A stretch of 64,000 nucleotides of DNA. It comes from a candidate division WOR-3 bacterium (GTDB lineage: Bacteria; Hydrothermota; Hydrothermia; LBFQ01). The stretch covers positions 1 through 64,000 of the forward strand of contig JALUCS010000118.1 of NCBI GenBank assembly GCA_027050205.1. The letters are read 5' to 3'. Each line of letters opens with the position of its first letter. Position 1 is the first letter of the stretch. The position numbers and the translations under genes were made by a program. The notes under the pieces were generated by a model. It was not told the DNA's origin and did no database searches. It saw only the letters and a list, made by a program, of their open reading frames with translations. Positions 19,140 to 29,917 of this stretch are shown here, piece by piece.

Positions 19140-21096
19140 GGTACGGGTTCCCTTAACTACGGAGATAAAGGGGGTACCTACGGAGGTCCTCCTCCTCATA
19201 GACGTCTCCGGCAGCATGGTGAGGTTGGACCCCTCCGGCCTCGCCCATCAGGGGGCCAAGATGGTGGCGGATATAGCCTCCGTCCTCAACGCCAACGTCA
19301 AGGTTTCCGTCATCTTTTACGGTGAGAAGGCCAGATTCGTAATAAAGGATATGGACCCTTACGGCCTCCGGAAGGTCTTGGAGGACTCACTGAAGCAGGT
19401 AAAACCGGAGAAGTACTCCGACATCAGGGCGGCCTTGAAGTTGGCCAAATCCCTACTCCAGCAGAAGTCCTACGGAAGGGAGGCCTACGTGATAGTCCTA
19501 ACGGACGGTCAGATAAAGGAGGGAGACATACCTCCGGGAGAGAGCTTGGAGAACTACCTCGCCTCCCTGGTCCGGATCGCCTCCGACTTCAAAGAGAACC
19601 GCTGGAAGGTCTACACCTTCACAACTACGGAGCCGGTGGAGGAGCTGAAGGTACTCTCCTCCCTGACCGGGGGTGAGCAGGCGACGGTCTCCGACCTCAA
19701 ACGCCTATCGAAGACCTTCCTTGAGATAATAAAGGCCGGAAGTTCCCACTTCCGGTTGGACGTGGGCCACAACTCCATCGTAGAGTTCCCTATGGAGGAG
19801 GGGGTGGCGGAGTTCAGTATGGTGGTGGCCTTCGACCCAAGGGAGAGAAAGAACCTCAAGATCTACGACCCCGACGGAAAGGAGGTCAAGGGCGAGAGGA
19901 GGAGCGGGAGGGGATTCATCATAGTCAAGATAAAGGACCCCAAGCCGGGTACCTGGAAGTTTGAGATAAGCAAGGGGGCTACCATCCTCCTCTCTATGGC
20001 CATCCCCAGGCTGGTTAAACCCTCTTCCGAGACCCCTTCAACCGAACCTGTCCCCGTCCGGCTGGAACTGACGCCCATATCCCCGAAGGAGCCGGACTGG
20101 AGGCACTTCTCGGCCAAGGTGTACGTGGAGGACTCCCGCGGTAGGCAGGTGGCCTACGACCTTTACGACGACGGCAAGCACTACGATGGCAACCCTTATG
20201 ACGGTGTGTTCGGCAGGATGCTCCCTCGCTTAGCCGAGGGGGAGTACACTTTCACCGTGGTGGTTAGCCACACGCCCACCAACGCCGAGATAAGGGTTAA
20301 GAAGAAGGTAAAGGTGGTGTATATCCCTATTCTGGGTGTCCGTTTCAAGGGGCAGTTCCTCATAGGTACCCCCGTTGAGATAATCCTCGGAATAACCAAC
20401 CGCTCCAAACCCATAAAGGATGAGAAGTACGAGCTAACCATCCGGGACCCCAAGGGAAAGACCTATCACCCCAAGCTCAAGAGGGACGATCTGGGATACT
20501 GGCGTACGACCTTCCCCCAGACCTTCTACGGCGGGGTCTATACGGTTGAGGCGAGGGGGATGGTTGTGGTGAAGGATTCCAACCGCCTAAGGACGTTCTC
20601 CAACGTCAAGGTGAAGGACACCTTCTCCCTCTGTGTGTCCTTCCACAAGAGTAAGGTGCCGGGCTTCCTGTTCTTCGGTGAGATGCCCGGCCGGGACTAC
20701 ACCCACACCCTCATCCTGATGAACCACTGCGACTCCGCCGTCGTACTCAACTTCACGGACGTAAAGGCCCAGCTGGCCGACACCCTCAAGGACGCTGGGA
20801 TACCCCCCAACCTCAAACCCAAAGCTGACACCGTCCCCCCCTTGGAGATACCAGGTAGGGCTGGGGACGTACCGGGTAAGGAACTCCTGAAGGTGAAGTG
20901 GCATATCCCCCCAAACGCCCATTCCGGACACTACACCGTCCGCATGAGAGGGGTTCAGAGGCCGGCCTACCGCCCCATAGAGCTTAGGTACGATATGAAG
21001 GTGGGGTCCTGGAGGCAGGTATGGCTAACCCTCGGAGGTCTGGGGGTGGCCGTCGTAGGGGGCGGTGCGGCCGTATGGTACTTTACGCATAGGTGA
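19096..21096 (+). CDS. vWA-domain surface protein with a choice-of-anchor X-like motif and C-terminal TM anchor
   Basis: MIDAS motif DVSGSM...TDG; LYDDGKHYDGNPYDGVF; Ig-like beta repeats; C-terminal TM helix. Confidence 0.8.
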   Translation: MALWSLMVQIDLGTKVRVPLTTEIKGVPTEVLLLIDVSGSMVRLDPSGLAHQGAKMVADIASVLNANVKVSVIFYGEKARFVIKDMDPYGLRKVLEDSLKQVKPEKYSDIRAALKLAKSLLQQKSYGREAYVIVLTDGQIKEGDIPPGESLENYLASLVRIASDFKENRWKVYTFTTTEPVEELKVLSSLTGGEQATVSDLKRLSKTFLEIIKAGSSHFRLDVGHNSIVEFPMEEGVAEFSMVVAFDPRERKNLKIYDPDGKEVKGERRSGRGFIIVKIKDPKPGTWKFEISKGATILLSMAIPRLVKPSSETPSTEPVPVRLELTPISPKEPDWRHFSAKVYVEDSRGRQVAYDLYDDGKHYDGNPYDGVFGRMLPRLAEGEYTFTVVVSHTPTNAEIRVKKKVKVVYIPILGVRFKGQFLIGTPVEIILGITNRSKPIKDEKYELTIRDPKGKTYHPKLKRDDLGYWRTTFPQTFYGGVYTVEARGMVVVKDSNRLRTFSNVKVKDTFSLCVSFHKSKVPGFLFFGEMPGRDYTHTLILMNHCDSAVVLNFTDVKAQLADTLKDAGIPPNLKPKADTVPPLEIPGRAGDVPGKELLKVKWHIPPNAHSGHYTVRMRGVQRPAYRPIELRYDMKVGSWRQVWLTLGGLGVAVVGGGAAVWYFTHR

Positions 21097-21758
21097 TGTG
21101 GTACCTCCTACTTGAGCCTCTGGTCTTCAACCGGTGGCAGGGGGAGTTGGGCGGTGGCCTCTCCGACACCCTCTACTTCTCCTACTTCAAGTTCCGGGGG
21201 GAGTGGATAATGTCCGCGGAGGGCGTGTCCCTCAACTTCTCCGTCCCCTTCGTCTTCCCCCTTGGCCAGCGGTTCTCCCTGTCGGACATGGAGATGGGCC
21301 TCGGCTTCGTCTTCGCCGACCGGAACCGCCTGGACTTCAACCTCGTCCTCCCGACGGGCATACTCTCCAGCAAGTATCCCGGAGTGAACCTAAGGTACCG
21401 CCGCATCGTAAAGCTTGACTCCTCCTACGCCCTCTACGGCTCCCTCCTCTGGTACTTTATGGCCTCATCCGATAGGTCGGAGAAGTCCCTGTACAACAAG
21501 GTGATAGACCGCCACGGCTACAGGCACCTGTCCTTGGACCTCACGTACATCCGCAGGGTGGGCGAAACGGCCTTCTGGAAGGTCTCCCTTCCCTTAGACT
21601 ACGCGTACTCCTCCAACCTCTTCTGGGGTGGGATCCGGTTAGGGTTCGGCCTCTTCCCCTTCGTGGAGGTGGACGCCACCTTCTGGCCCACCAAACCCCG
21701 TCCGCACCTGTTCCTCTTGAGGGTTTCCGCCCTGGTACCCACGTCCGAGACCCTGTAG
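21093..21758 (+). CDS. Hypothetical outer-membrane beta-barrel-like protein
   Basis: Alternating aromatic/polar strands; GTGA overlap with the vWA gene. Confidence 0.55.
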   Translation: MMWYLLLEPLVFNRWQGELGGGLSDTLYFSYFKFRGEWIMSAEGVSLNFSVPFVFPLGQRFSLSDMEMGLGFVFADRNRLDFNLVLPTGILSSKYPGVNLRYRRIVKLDSSYALYGSLLWYFMASSDRSEKSLYNKVIDRHGYRHLSLDLTYIRRVGETAFWKVSLPLDYAYSSNLFWGGIRLGFGLFPFVEVDATFWPTKPRPHLFLLRVSALVPTSETL

Positions 21759-21759
21759 T

Positions 21760-22578
21760 ATGCCCCTCCGCCTCCTCGCACCGGCCAAGGTCAATCTGGG
21801 CCTGTGGATAACCGGGACGGACGAGGGTGGATACCACCGCATTACCACCCTCTTCTACCGCATACCCATCTACGACGAGATAGAGGTGGACCTCTGGCAC
21901 GAGTCCGTCGTAAGGTGTGAGGGGATAAGGAGTACGTCCAACAATACCGTATTCAAGGCCCTGAAACACCTTAGCGAGTACGTGGGCGAGAGCCTCTGCC
22001 TAAAGGTGGTGATAAGGAAGAGGATACCGGTAGGGGCGGGCCTCGGTGGTGGTTCCAGCGACGCCGCCGCCGTCCTCTACGCTGCCAACCGCATCTTCAA
22101 CCTCGGCCTCTCCCTAAAGGAGCTTATGGAGGTGGGAGCGAAGGTGGGGGCGGACGTCCCCTTCTTCCTGCTCCGGGAGAGGGCGGCGATAGGGAGGGGG
22201 AGGGGGTACGACCTTGAGCCTATAGACCTGAAGGTACCGGGGGAGTGGATCCTCGTCTTTCCGGGTGTTCCCGTCTCAACCCGCAGGGCCTACGACCTCT
22301 TTGACAGCGAAGGCACCTTCACGCCCCCCGACGTAGCCGAGCGAAAGGTGAAGGACCTCGTGGAGGCCTTGAGGGCGGGGGAGGTCCCCCCCCTTGAGAA
22401 CGACTTTGAGAGGGTGATACTTCCCCGCTTCGCCCCCATAAGGGAAGCCAAGGACCTCCTCGTAAGGGGAGGGTGGCGGGCCGTAATGAGCGGGTCCGGC
22501 TCCACCGTCTTCGGGATAGGGGGAGGGGAGATCCCCCTCTTGGGCGGCAAGAACAGGGTATGGTACTGGAGGGATTGA
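21760..22578 (+). CDS. ispE: 4-diphosphocytidyl-2-C-methyl-D-erythritol kinase
   Basis: APAKVNLGL, IPVGAGLGGGSSDAA, GADVPFF, MSGSGSTVF. Confidence 0.95.
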   Translation: MPLRLLAPAKVNLGLWITGTDEGGYHRITTLFYRIPIYDEIEVDLWHESVVRCEGIRSTSNNTVFKALKHLSEYVGESLCLKVVIRKRIPVGAGLGGGSSDAAAVLYAANRIFNLGLSLKELMEVGAKVGADVPFFLLRERAAIGRGRGYDLEPIDLKVPGEWILVFPGVPVSTRRAYDLFDSEGTFTPPDVAERKVKDLVEALRAGEVPPLENDFERVILPRFAPIREAKDLLVRGGWRAVMSGSGSTVFGIGGGEIPLLGGKNRVWYWRD

Positions 22579-22583
22579 GGATT

Positions 22584-23900
22584 ATGGAGGTAAGGGTGGC
22601 CCTTCCCGTAATGGACGTAGTCAGGATGAGGGGGGAGATGGTGGTGGAGGGTGGGATCAAGGCGGAGGAGGTGGAGGTTAGAGCGGTAGGGGGCGACCTG
22701 TGGGAGGGGTACGCTGTCTTCAGGCCCTCCCCCCTCGGAAAGCCCTTCGGGAGGTTCCACACCGAGAGGTGGGAGATGGTGGGCCTCTACCGGGACCTCG
22801 GCGAGGCCTACAGGGTGGCGAGGGAGGTCGGAGGGACCTACAGGACGTGGGTTGAGGGTTGGGGAGGGAAGATAGTGGCCGTAATAGACGGCCGGAGGTG
22901 GCTCCTGGACTCCCCCCTACAGGTGAGGGGAAGGGTCTGGATAGAGGAGGTCTGGGTGGGGAGGGGGTTCCACTGGGAGAGGAGGGAGAGGGCGGCCTAC
23001 GAGGGGAAGTTCGCCATCTACGGTTGGGGGAAGGGTGTCAGGGTGGTGGTGGGAATGCCCCTTGAGACCTACATAGCCGCCGTCGCCTCCTCCGAGATGC
23101 ACCCGGAGGCCCCCCTTGAGGCCCTAAAGGCCCAGGCCGTAGCCGCCCGTACCAACCTCTTCCGTACGGCGGGCAAGCACCACCCGAACGAGCCTTTTGA
23201 CGTATGCTCCGAGGACCACTGTCAGGTCTTCAGGGGCCTACATATAACGAGCGATAGGGCGGTTGAGGCCGCCGAGGGTACGGCCGGTGAGGTACTGCTC
23301 TACGACGGGGAACCCATAGAGGCCCGGTACTCCAAGGCCTGTGGCGGCATAACGGAGACCTTCTCCGTCGTCTGGGGGGAGGGGGACAGGCCCTACTCCC
23401 CATCCTTCCGGGACTGGGAGGAGGAGGACGGGAGCGACGCCTCAACCGAAGAGGGTTTTCTCAAGTTCTACCCGGTTAAAGAATCCTTCTGCAACGTTTC
23501 ATTCCCCGGCATAGAGAACCTCTACCGCTGGGAGGAGACCTACACGGGGGAGGAGCTGACGGAGAAAATGAAGGGCCTCGGTGTGGGGAAGGTACTGGCC
23601 ATCGTACCCCTGAAGAGGGGGAGGTCGGGGAGAATATACGAGATGCGGATAGTTGGGGACAGAGGGGAGGTGGAGGTGGCCGGAGAGTACAGGATAAGGG
23701 AACTTCTAGGGAGGCCCTTCCTACCGTCCTCCGCCTTCGCCATAGACGTAGAGGGGGACCTAATCAGGTTGAGGGGTATGGGGTGGGGCCACGGCGTGGG
23801 AATGTGCCAGATGGGGGCGATAGGGATGGCCAAACGGGGGTACGGCTACCGGGATATCCTCGCCCACTACTACAGGGGGGCGGAGCTGACGAGGTTATAA
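22584..23900 (+). CDS. SpoIID/LytB-domain lytic transglycosylase
   Basis: SEM...[37 protein letters not shown]. Start is approximate. Confidence 0.9.
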   Translation: MEVRVALPVMDVVRMRGEMVVEGGIKAEEVEVRAVGGDLWEGYAVFRPSPLGKPFGRFHTERWEMVGLYRDLGEAYRVAREVGGTYRTWVEGWGGKIVAVIDGRRWLLDSPLQVRGRVWIEEVWVGRGFHWERRERAAYEGKFAIYGWGKGVRVVVGMPLETYIAAVASSEMHPEAPLEALKAQAVAARTNLFRTAGKHHPNEPFDVCSEDHCQVFRGLHITSDRAVEAAEGTAGEVLLYDGEPIEARYSKACGGITETFSVVWGEGDRPYSPSFRDWEEEDGSDASTEEGFLKFYPVKESFCNVSFPGIENLYRWEETYTGEELTEKMKGLGVGKVLAIVPLKRGRSGRIYEMRIVGDRGEVEVAGEYRIRELLGRPFLPSSAFAIDVEGDLIRLRGMGWGHGVGMCQMGAIGMAKRGYGYRDILAHYYRGAELTRL

Positions 23901-23907
23901 TAGCCCC

Positions 23908-24753
23908 TTGCGGACCTGGAGGGATAGGCTCATCGTAGCCCTCGGTTTCTTTCTAACCTTCTTTGCCTTGGCCGTCCTCTTTACTTTGGTGGCCGACGTC
24001 TTTATGGACGCCCTCCCCCGTCTGAATATAAAGTTCCTGACCTCCTACCCCTCCCGCCACCCGGAACACGCCGGGATACTCCCCGCCCTCGTCGGCTCTA
24101 TCTGGATAGGCATCCTTACCGCCTTAATCTCCTTCCCCCTCGGCGTCGCCACGGCCGTGTATCTGGAGGAGTACGCTCCAAAGAACCTCTTCACGGAGCT
24201 TCTGGAGATAAACATCGCCAACCTCGCCGGCGTCCCCTCCATAATCTACGGCATCCTCGGTTTGGAGCTGTTCGTGAGGGCAATGCACCTCGGAAAGAGC
24301 ATAATCTCCGGCGCCCTGATCCTCGCCCTCCTCGTCCTTCCTATGATAGTGATAGCCTCCCGTGAGGCAATAAGGAACGTGCCATACACCATCCGAGAGG
24401 CGGCCTACGCCCTTGGGGCCTCCAAGTACCAGACCGTCCTCTACCAGGTGATACCGGCGGCCATGCCCGGAATACTGACGGGTACCATCCTTGCTATGTC
24501 CCGCGCCCTCGGTGAGACCGCCCCCTTGGTGATGGTGGGGGCCTTGACCTTCGTCGCCTTCATACCGGAGAGCATATTTGACCCCTTCACCGTCCTGCCC
24601 ATCCAGATCTTCAACTGGGTCTCCCGTCCCCAGAAGGAGTTCGCCACCAACGCCGCCGCCGCCATAGTCGTCCTCCTATTTCTAACCTTCTCCCTCAACT
24701 TTCTGGCCATATACCTGCGGAACAGGTACTCCAAGTACGGACGACCGGACTGA
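23908..24753 (+). CDS. pstA: Phosphate ABC transporter permease PstA
   Basis: [38 protein letters not shown]. Confidence 0.93.
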   Translation: MRTWRDRLIVALGFFLTFFALAVLFTLVADVFMDALPRLNIKFLTSYPSRHPEHAGILPALVGSIWIGILTALISFPLGVATAVYLEEYAPKNLFTELLEINIANLAGVPSIIYGILGLELFVRAMHLGKSIISGALILALLVLPMIVIASREAIRNVPYTIREAAYALGASKYQTVLYQVIPAAMPGILTGTILAMSRALGETAPLVMVGALTFVAFIPESIFDPFTVLPIQIFNWVSRPQKEFATNAAAAIVVLLFLTFSLNFLAIYLRNRYSKYGRPD

Positions 24754-25433
24754 TGTTCGTCCTGACGAAGGGAGAGGGCGTTCCCGTCCTTCTCATACAC
24801 GGCGTAGCTGGGGACCACCGCATCTGGCACCCTCTCCTCCGGAAACCCTTACCGGGGTTCAGGTTTCTGGCCGTAGACCTTCCGGGCCACGGTAAGAGTG
24901 GGGGGAAGGCCCTTGGGAGGGTTGAGGACTACGCCCAGGCCATCCTTGAGGGGATAGGGGACGAGATAGCTGGGGGGATGGTGGTGGGCTTCTCAATGGG
25001 TGGAGGTGTGGCCGTAAGCCTGTACGCCCTGGCCCCGTCCCTCTTCAAGGCCTTGATCCTCGTAAGTAGCGCCTTCAGGATGCCCCTCATATCTCCCACC
25101 TTGGGCAGGGAGGGGATGTGCCGGAGGATCTACCTCTCGGAGAGGTTGAGGAGGATGTGCCTAAGGGAGCTAAGGAGGGTACCGGAAGAGGTGATGAAGA
25201 CGGACAGGAGGGCGGCCGCCTACGACCTACTCGGATTGGCCCCTTCCGTTGAGGTCCCCGTCCTCTTCGTCTATGGCACACTGGACGCCCTCCTAAGGAG
25301 GGAGTTCGTCTTAGAGAGCTTTCGCAGGGTCAGGAAGGCCTCCCTGTCCTTCGTCCCCTCCTCCCATATGCTACCCGTTGAGGCCCCGGAGGCCCTCCGG
25401 AGGGCCACGTTGAACTTCACTCTACGGCTTTAG
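24753..25433 (+). CDS. Alpha/beta hydrolase
   Basis: HG, DLPGHG, nucleophile elbow GFSMGG, late His. Confidence 0.85.
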   Translation: MFVLTKGEGVPVLLIHGVAGDHRIWHPLLRKPLPGFRFLAVDLPGHGKSGGKALGRVEDYAQAILEGIGDEIAGGMVVGFSMGGGVAVSLYALAPSLFKALILVSSAFRMPLISPTLGREGMCRRIYLSERLRRMCLRELRRVPEEVMKTDRRAAAYDLLGLAPSVEVPVLFVYGTLDALLRREFVLESFRRVRKASLSFVPSSHMLPVEAPEALRRATLNFTLRL

Positions 25434-25445
25434 AATTGACGAGCC

Positions 25446-26789
25446 ATGACACAGCTTGAGGCCGCAAGGCAAGGGAAAATAACTCCCGAGATGGAGAAGG
25501 TTGCCAAGGACGAGGGCCTCCATCCGGAGGTCATCAGACAGGGTGTGGCCGAGGGAACCATCGTCATCCCCGCCAACAAGATACACCTCTCCCGGAACCT
25601 TAAGAAGGTCGTCGGCATAGGGAAGGGCCTACGTACAAAGGTGAACGCCAACCTCGGTACGTCCTACGACTACGTTAACGTGGCCGAGGAGGTGGAGAAG
25701 CTCAAGGTGGCCGTTGAGGCCGGGGCCGACACCGTGATGGACCTATCAACGGGCGGGAACCTCCGGGCCATACGCCAGACCCTCATGGCCGTCGCCGAGG
25801 TACCCTTGGGGAGCGTACCCGTCTACGAGGCCGAGTTTGACGCCGCCCGGAAGAAGGGGTCCGTCTTCCACCTTGAGCCGGACGACTTCCTTGAGGCCAT
25901 AGAGAAGCACGCCCAGGACGGCGTAGACTTTATGACCATCCACGCCGGCATCACCCTTGAGGGGCTGCGGTTCATGAAGGAACAGGGCCGCACCACGTGG
26001 GTGGTCTCCAGAGGGGGAGGCCTCCTCGCCGCCTGGATGATGTATCACAACCGGGAGAACCCCCTGTACGAGCGGTTTGACGACATCCTTGACATAATGA
26101 AGACCTACGACGTCACCGTCAGCCTCGGCGACTCCCTCAGGCCCGGAAGCATAGCCGACAGCTTTGACAGGCCGCAGATACACGAGCTTCTGGTCTTGGG
26201 TGAGTTGGTGGACAGGGCCCGCAAGGCCGGGGTGCAGGTGATGGTTGAGGGGCCGGGCCACGTCCCCCTGAACGAGATAGAGGCCCAGGTGATAGCCGAG
26301 AAGAAGATATGCAAGGGGGCGCCCTTCTACGTCCTCGGACCCCTCCCGACGGACGTCGGGGCCGGATGGGACCACATAACCGGGGCCATAGGTGGAGCCT
26401 TGGCCGCTGCCGCCGGCGTGGACTTCCTCTGCTACGTGACGCCAGCCGAACACCTCGGCCTACCCACGCCCGAACACGTGAGGACCGGGGTAATAGCCTT
26501 CCGCATAGCCGCCCACATCGGAGACATAGTCAAGGGGGTGAAGGGGGCCTACGAGTGGGACCTCGCTATGTCCCGCGCCCGCTACGCCCTTGATTGGGAG
26601 GCCCAGCTCAAGTTGGCCCTTGACCCCGTAAAGGCGAGGGAGATCTACGAGATGAGGGCGTCCAAGACGGAGGCCTGCTCTATGTGCGGACCCTTCTGCC
26701 CGATGAACTTGGTTGAGAAGTTCCTGAAGGACGCCAAGAAGGCCCGCGAGGAGGTCAGGCAGGTTCTGGAGGAGATGGCCACCGCCTAA
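25446..26789 (+). CDS. thiC: Phosphomethylpyrimidine synthase ThiC
   Basis: [39 protein letters not shown]. Confidence 0.95.
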   Translation: MTQLEAARQGKITPEMEKVAKDEGLHPEVIRQGVAEGTIVIPANKIHLSRNLKKVVGIGKGLRTKVNANLGTSYDYVNVAEEVEKLKVAVEAGADTVMDLSTGGNLRAIRQTLMAVAEVPLGSVPVYEAEFDAARKKGSVFHLEPDDFLEAIEKHAQDGVDFMTIHAGITLEGLRFMKEQGRTTWVVSRGGGLLAAWMMYHNRENPLYERFDDILDIMKTYDVTVSLGDSLRPGSIADSFDRPQIHELLVLGELVDRARKAGVQVMVEGPGHVPLNEIEAQVIAEKKICKGAPFYVLGPLPTDVGAGWDHITGAIGGALAAAAGVDFLCYVTPAEHLGLPTPEHVRTGVIAFRIAAHIGDIVKGVKGAYEWDLAMSRARYALDWEAQLKLALDPVKAREIYEMRASKTEACSMCGPFCPMNLVEKFLKDAKKAREEVRQVLEEMATA

Positions 26790-26792
26790 GGG

Positions 26793-27560
26793 CTATATCC
26801 AGCCGTAGGTGGGAGGGGAGATCCTTATTATTCGCATAACGTTGAAGTACTTGAACCTCCCCTCCCCCGTATCCCCTATGACGTAACTCTTCAGGATGGT
26901 AATGGGTCGGATGTTCCACTCGGAAAGGCCGTAGCGGTGGGAGTAGTACTTGATGTTCACCCAGCCGTACTGCCGGGCGACCCGCAGTATGTCCACCGAT
27001 TTGGCCGGGAAGTTGGACAGGGTTAGGCTCTCAAGACCCTCCACATCGCTGAATATCTCCGGCTTCCTTTCCCTTAAAGCCCTGAATACCTTGCGGGTTA
27101 TACGGGCATCCGCCAAGGCCCGGTGGTTCTTCCTCACCTCTATGCCGAGGTACCTCGCCAGTCTCTCTAAGGAGTTGGGGGCGTCCTCGTATATGACCTT
27201 GGCTATCTGCTTCACGTCCACGACGTAGTTCAGGAGGGGTGGCTCCCCCAGGCGGTAGAACTCAAAGTTCAGGAAGGGGATGTCCAAGCTCAAGAGGTTG
27301 AATCCCACGATTATAGCGTCCTCTAAGAGGGGTCGCAGCTCGTCCTTTACCTCGGCGAAGGTGGGCGCCCCCTTGACGTCGTCGTATCCTATCCCGTGGA
27401 CCTGAAACGCCCTCCTCTTTATGGGGGCCTGGGGGTTGAGGAGGAATGCCCTCTCTTCCGGCCTACCCCTCTCTCCTTTCACCACTAAGCCTATCTCAAC
27501 TATCCTGTCCCTCCGGAAGTCCGTCCCCGTCGTCTCAATGTCCAGAAACACCCACTTCAA
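26793..27560 (-). CDS. DnaQ-like DEDDh exonuclease with a C-terminal WYL-like domain
   Basis: LDIETTG, HGI, D..FL, HRALADA; the C-terminus follows I.Y....R.I.P...F...RI. Confidence 0.85.
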   Translation of the reverse strand: MKWVFLDIETTGTDFRRDRIVEIGLVVKGERGRPEERAFLLNPQAPIKRRAFQVHGIGYDDVKGAPTFAEVKDELRPLLEDAIIVGFNLLSLDIPFLNFEFYRLGEPPLLNYVVDVKQIAKVIYEDAPNSLERLARYLGIEVRKNHRALADARITRKVFRALRERKPEIFSDVEGLESLTLSNFPAKSVDILRVARQYGWVNIKYYSHRYGLSEWNIRPITILKSYVIGDTGEGRFKYFNVMRIIRISPPTYGWI

Positions 27561-27577
27561 GGCGTTATTCTAAGGCC

Positions 27578-29173
27578 CTACCTGAACCAGAGGCCAAGGC
27601 CTACGGAGAGGACGGAGTGGATCCGCCTTTCCTCCTTGTCCTTGGAAGATAAGGCCCTACCTATCTCCTCCAACCTCATCCTCTCCAGGGCGAGCATCAC
27701 CGTCCAGGGGGTCTTCCCGTACCGGTACCATAGGGTGGTCCTCAAGGCGAGGGGCTTGGAGTTCCCATCCCTTAGTACGGTTGGCCCGAAGGTCGCCCTA
27801 AGGTTCCCGCGGCGGTATATCCCCTCCAACCGGACTATCTCGTTCCCCCCGGAGAAGGCCACCACCTTGACGATGGGAGAGCCTACGCCGAAGCCCCAAC
27901 CGGCGTTCTTTACGAGGTACAGGGAGGTACTCCACAGGTCGGTATGGACTGCCGCCGTTATCTCGTACCTGTCGGAGGGGGGGAGGGAGTTCCGGCCCTC
28001 TATAAGCTCGTCCGGGTTACCCCTAAGGAAGTACAGGCCCACCTGAAACTCCTCAACGTGTTCCCTCCAAGCCTTCAGGCGGGAGGACGAAGAAGAGGAC
28101 GATGAGAGGGAGACCTTTACGGAGCTTGAGGTGGTATCGGTGGAGGTCGTATCCCTTCGGATCTCAACCGGCTCCGGTTCGCTCTCCTCCTCATCCTTGC
28201 CCGTGGTGTCGGGGTTGAGGAGTTTCTCCACCGTCTCCTTGTTGTAGTTGTCGTCAAAGAGGGAGGGCTTCAGCTTGTAGGCCGTCTTGTACTCCCTGTT
28301 GGCTATCTCGTAGGCCTTGTACTTGTATGCCAAAAAGCCGTAGAAGAAGTGTCCCTCGGCGTAATCCGGGTCCAGCTCTATAGCCTTCTGGGCGTGGTCT
28401 ATGGCCGCCTCGTAGTCCTTGAACATCAGGGCCTTCATAAGCCCCCTTCCCAACTCCTCGTAGGCCTCATATACTTCCGTACCGGCGTAATGGCCCTTGG
28501 TTATGTGCCTAAGCTCTATGTTCCGCAGTACCTTCTTAACGACGGGGACGGGGATAGCGTAGGCCAGACCTTCCCGCCCCTCCCCCTCTCTGGCAAACAC
28601 GACCCCCACGACGTCCCCCTTGCCGTCCAACAGCGGCCCTCCGGAGTTCCCCGGATTTACGCTCATATTCAGGAGGATGGGGTTATCGTCCTTGTCCGAG
28701 GCGACGAAGCCGAAAACCACCTTCAGTTTGTTGTCGTGGTAGGAGGTGCCGGGAAACCCCAGGGCTGCCACCGGCTCCCCCTGACGGAGGTACTTCCGGT
28801 TAGACAGGTGGAGGTACTTGAAGTTCTCCCCCACCACCCTAAGGACGGCTATGTCGTTGTCGGGGTCGTCGTACAGCAACTCGGCGAAGTAGAGACTCTC
28901 CATCAACTCCTTGAAGTTCTCCGTCTTGGCGTCGCTCAAAATTATGGCTATTACCTTCGCCTTACGCACCACGTGGCTGTTGGTGATTATGGTACCCGTT
29001 GAGTCTATGAAGAAGCCGCTTCCGAGGGATACGTTCCAGTCCGCCACCACGTCTCCCATCGCCCTTAGTTTGGGGAGTCCGAAGGCCAGTATCCGTACGA
29101 CCGCCTTCTTCCTGTCCTCCGTAAGGACGGCATCCCAGTTGGGTAGGGTTATCTGTCCGAGGGCAAAGAGCAT
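27578..29173 (-). CDS. Trypsin-like serine protease with TPR and a C-terminal beta-strand region
   Basis: Triad TNSHV / DIAVL / GNSGGP; TPR AIELDPDYAEGH; Ser-rich linker; ends GLGLWFR. Confidence 0.85.
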   Translation of the reverse strand: MLFALGQITLPNWDAVLTEDRKKAVVRILAFGLPKLRAMGDVVADWNVSLGSGFFIDSTGTIITNSHVVRKAKVIAIILSDAKTENFKELMESLYFAELLYDDPDNDIAVLRVVGENFKYLHLSNRKYLRQGEPVAALGFPGTSYHDNKLKVVFGFVASDKDDNPILLNMSVNPGNSGGPLLDGKGDVVGVVFAREGEGREGLAYAIPVPVVKKVLRNIELRHITKGHYAGTEVYEAYEELGRGLMKALMFKDYEAAIDHAQKAIELDPDYAEGHFFYGFLAYKYKAYEIANREYKTAYKLKPSLFDDNYNKETVEKLLNPDTTGKDEEESEPEPVEIRRDTTSTDTTSSSVKVSLSSSSSSSSRLKAWREHVEEFQVGLYFLRGNPDELIEGRNSLPPSDRYEITAAVHTDLWSTSLYLVKNAGWGFGVGSPIVKVVAFSGGNEIVRLEGIYRRGNLRATFGPTVLRDGNSKPLALRTTLWYRYGKTPWTVMLALERMRLEEIGRALSSKDKEERRIHSVLSVGLGLWFR

Positions 29174-29182
29174 CGTTTTATT

Positions 29183-29917
29183 TTAAAGGCGATTACCTTC
29201 TGCCTTCAAGAAGAGGTCCAGCCAAGTCTCCGGGCTAACCTCCTCCGGCCTGCGGTGGGCGAGGTCCGGCGGTACCCCCTTGAGGGTGTTCTTCAGCTTC
29301 TTCCTGCGCCTGCCGAAGGGTACCTTCAGGAACTTGAGGAACCTAAGGGCGTCTATGCCCAGCCTATCCTCCCGTGGAACGAGCCGGATGAGGGCGGAAT
29401 GCACCTTCGGGACTGGGGAGAAGGCCGTTCGTGGTACGTTGAAGAGTAGCCGGGGGGTAAAGAGGGTACGGGTCAGGACGGTGAAGGGGCCGTAGGCTTT
29501 CGTTCTCTCCTTCGCTACGAGCCTCTCGGCCACCTCCTTCTGGAGGATGAGGTGGATGTCCCGGTACAGGGGACGCTCTCCAAAGACCTTGAGGAGGAGG
29601 TCGTGGGTTATGTGGTATGGGACGGAAGAGAAGAACCTCACCCTGTCCGTTATTCCCCTCTCCCTAAGGAGGGCGGCTACGTCCGTCTTTAGGTAGTCCC
29701 CGCATACGGCGTCTATTCCCTTCCGCCTAAGGGCCATGCACAGGAAGGTGTCTATCTCAACGGCTACCACCCTCGCCCCCGCCTTCACAAGGGGGAAGGT
29801 TATGACACCGAGGCCCGGTCCCACCTCAACGAAGGTCTCCCCTTCCTTCGGGTCCACCGCCTCCACTATCTTCCTTACCGTCCTCTCATCCCGGAGGAAG
29901 ACTTGGCTTAACTTCAC
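29183..29917 (-). CDS. rsmA: 16S rRNA adenine dimethyltransferase
   Basis: QVFL, EVGPGLG, VEID, PYHIT, QKEVAERL, FSPVPKV.S. Confidence 0.93.
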   Translation of the reverse strand: MKLSQVFLRDERTVRKIVEAVDPKEGETFVEVGPGLGVITFPLVKAGARVVAVEIDTFLCMALRRKGIDAVCGDYLKTDVAALLRERGITDRVRFFSSVPYHITHDLLLKVFGERPLYRDIHLILQKEVAERLVAKERTKAYGPFTVLTRTLFTPRLLFNVPRTAFSPVPKVHSALIRLVPREDRLGIDALRFLKFLKVPFGRRRKKLKNTLKGVPPDLAHRRPEEVSPETWLDLFLKAEGNRL

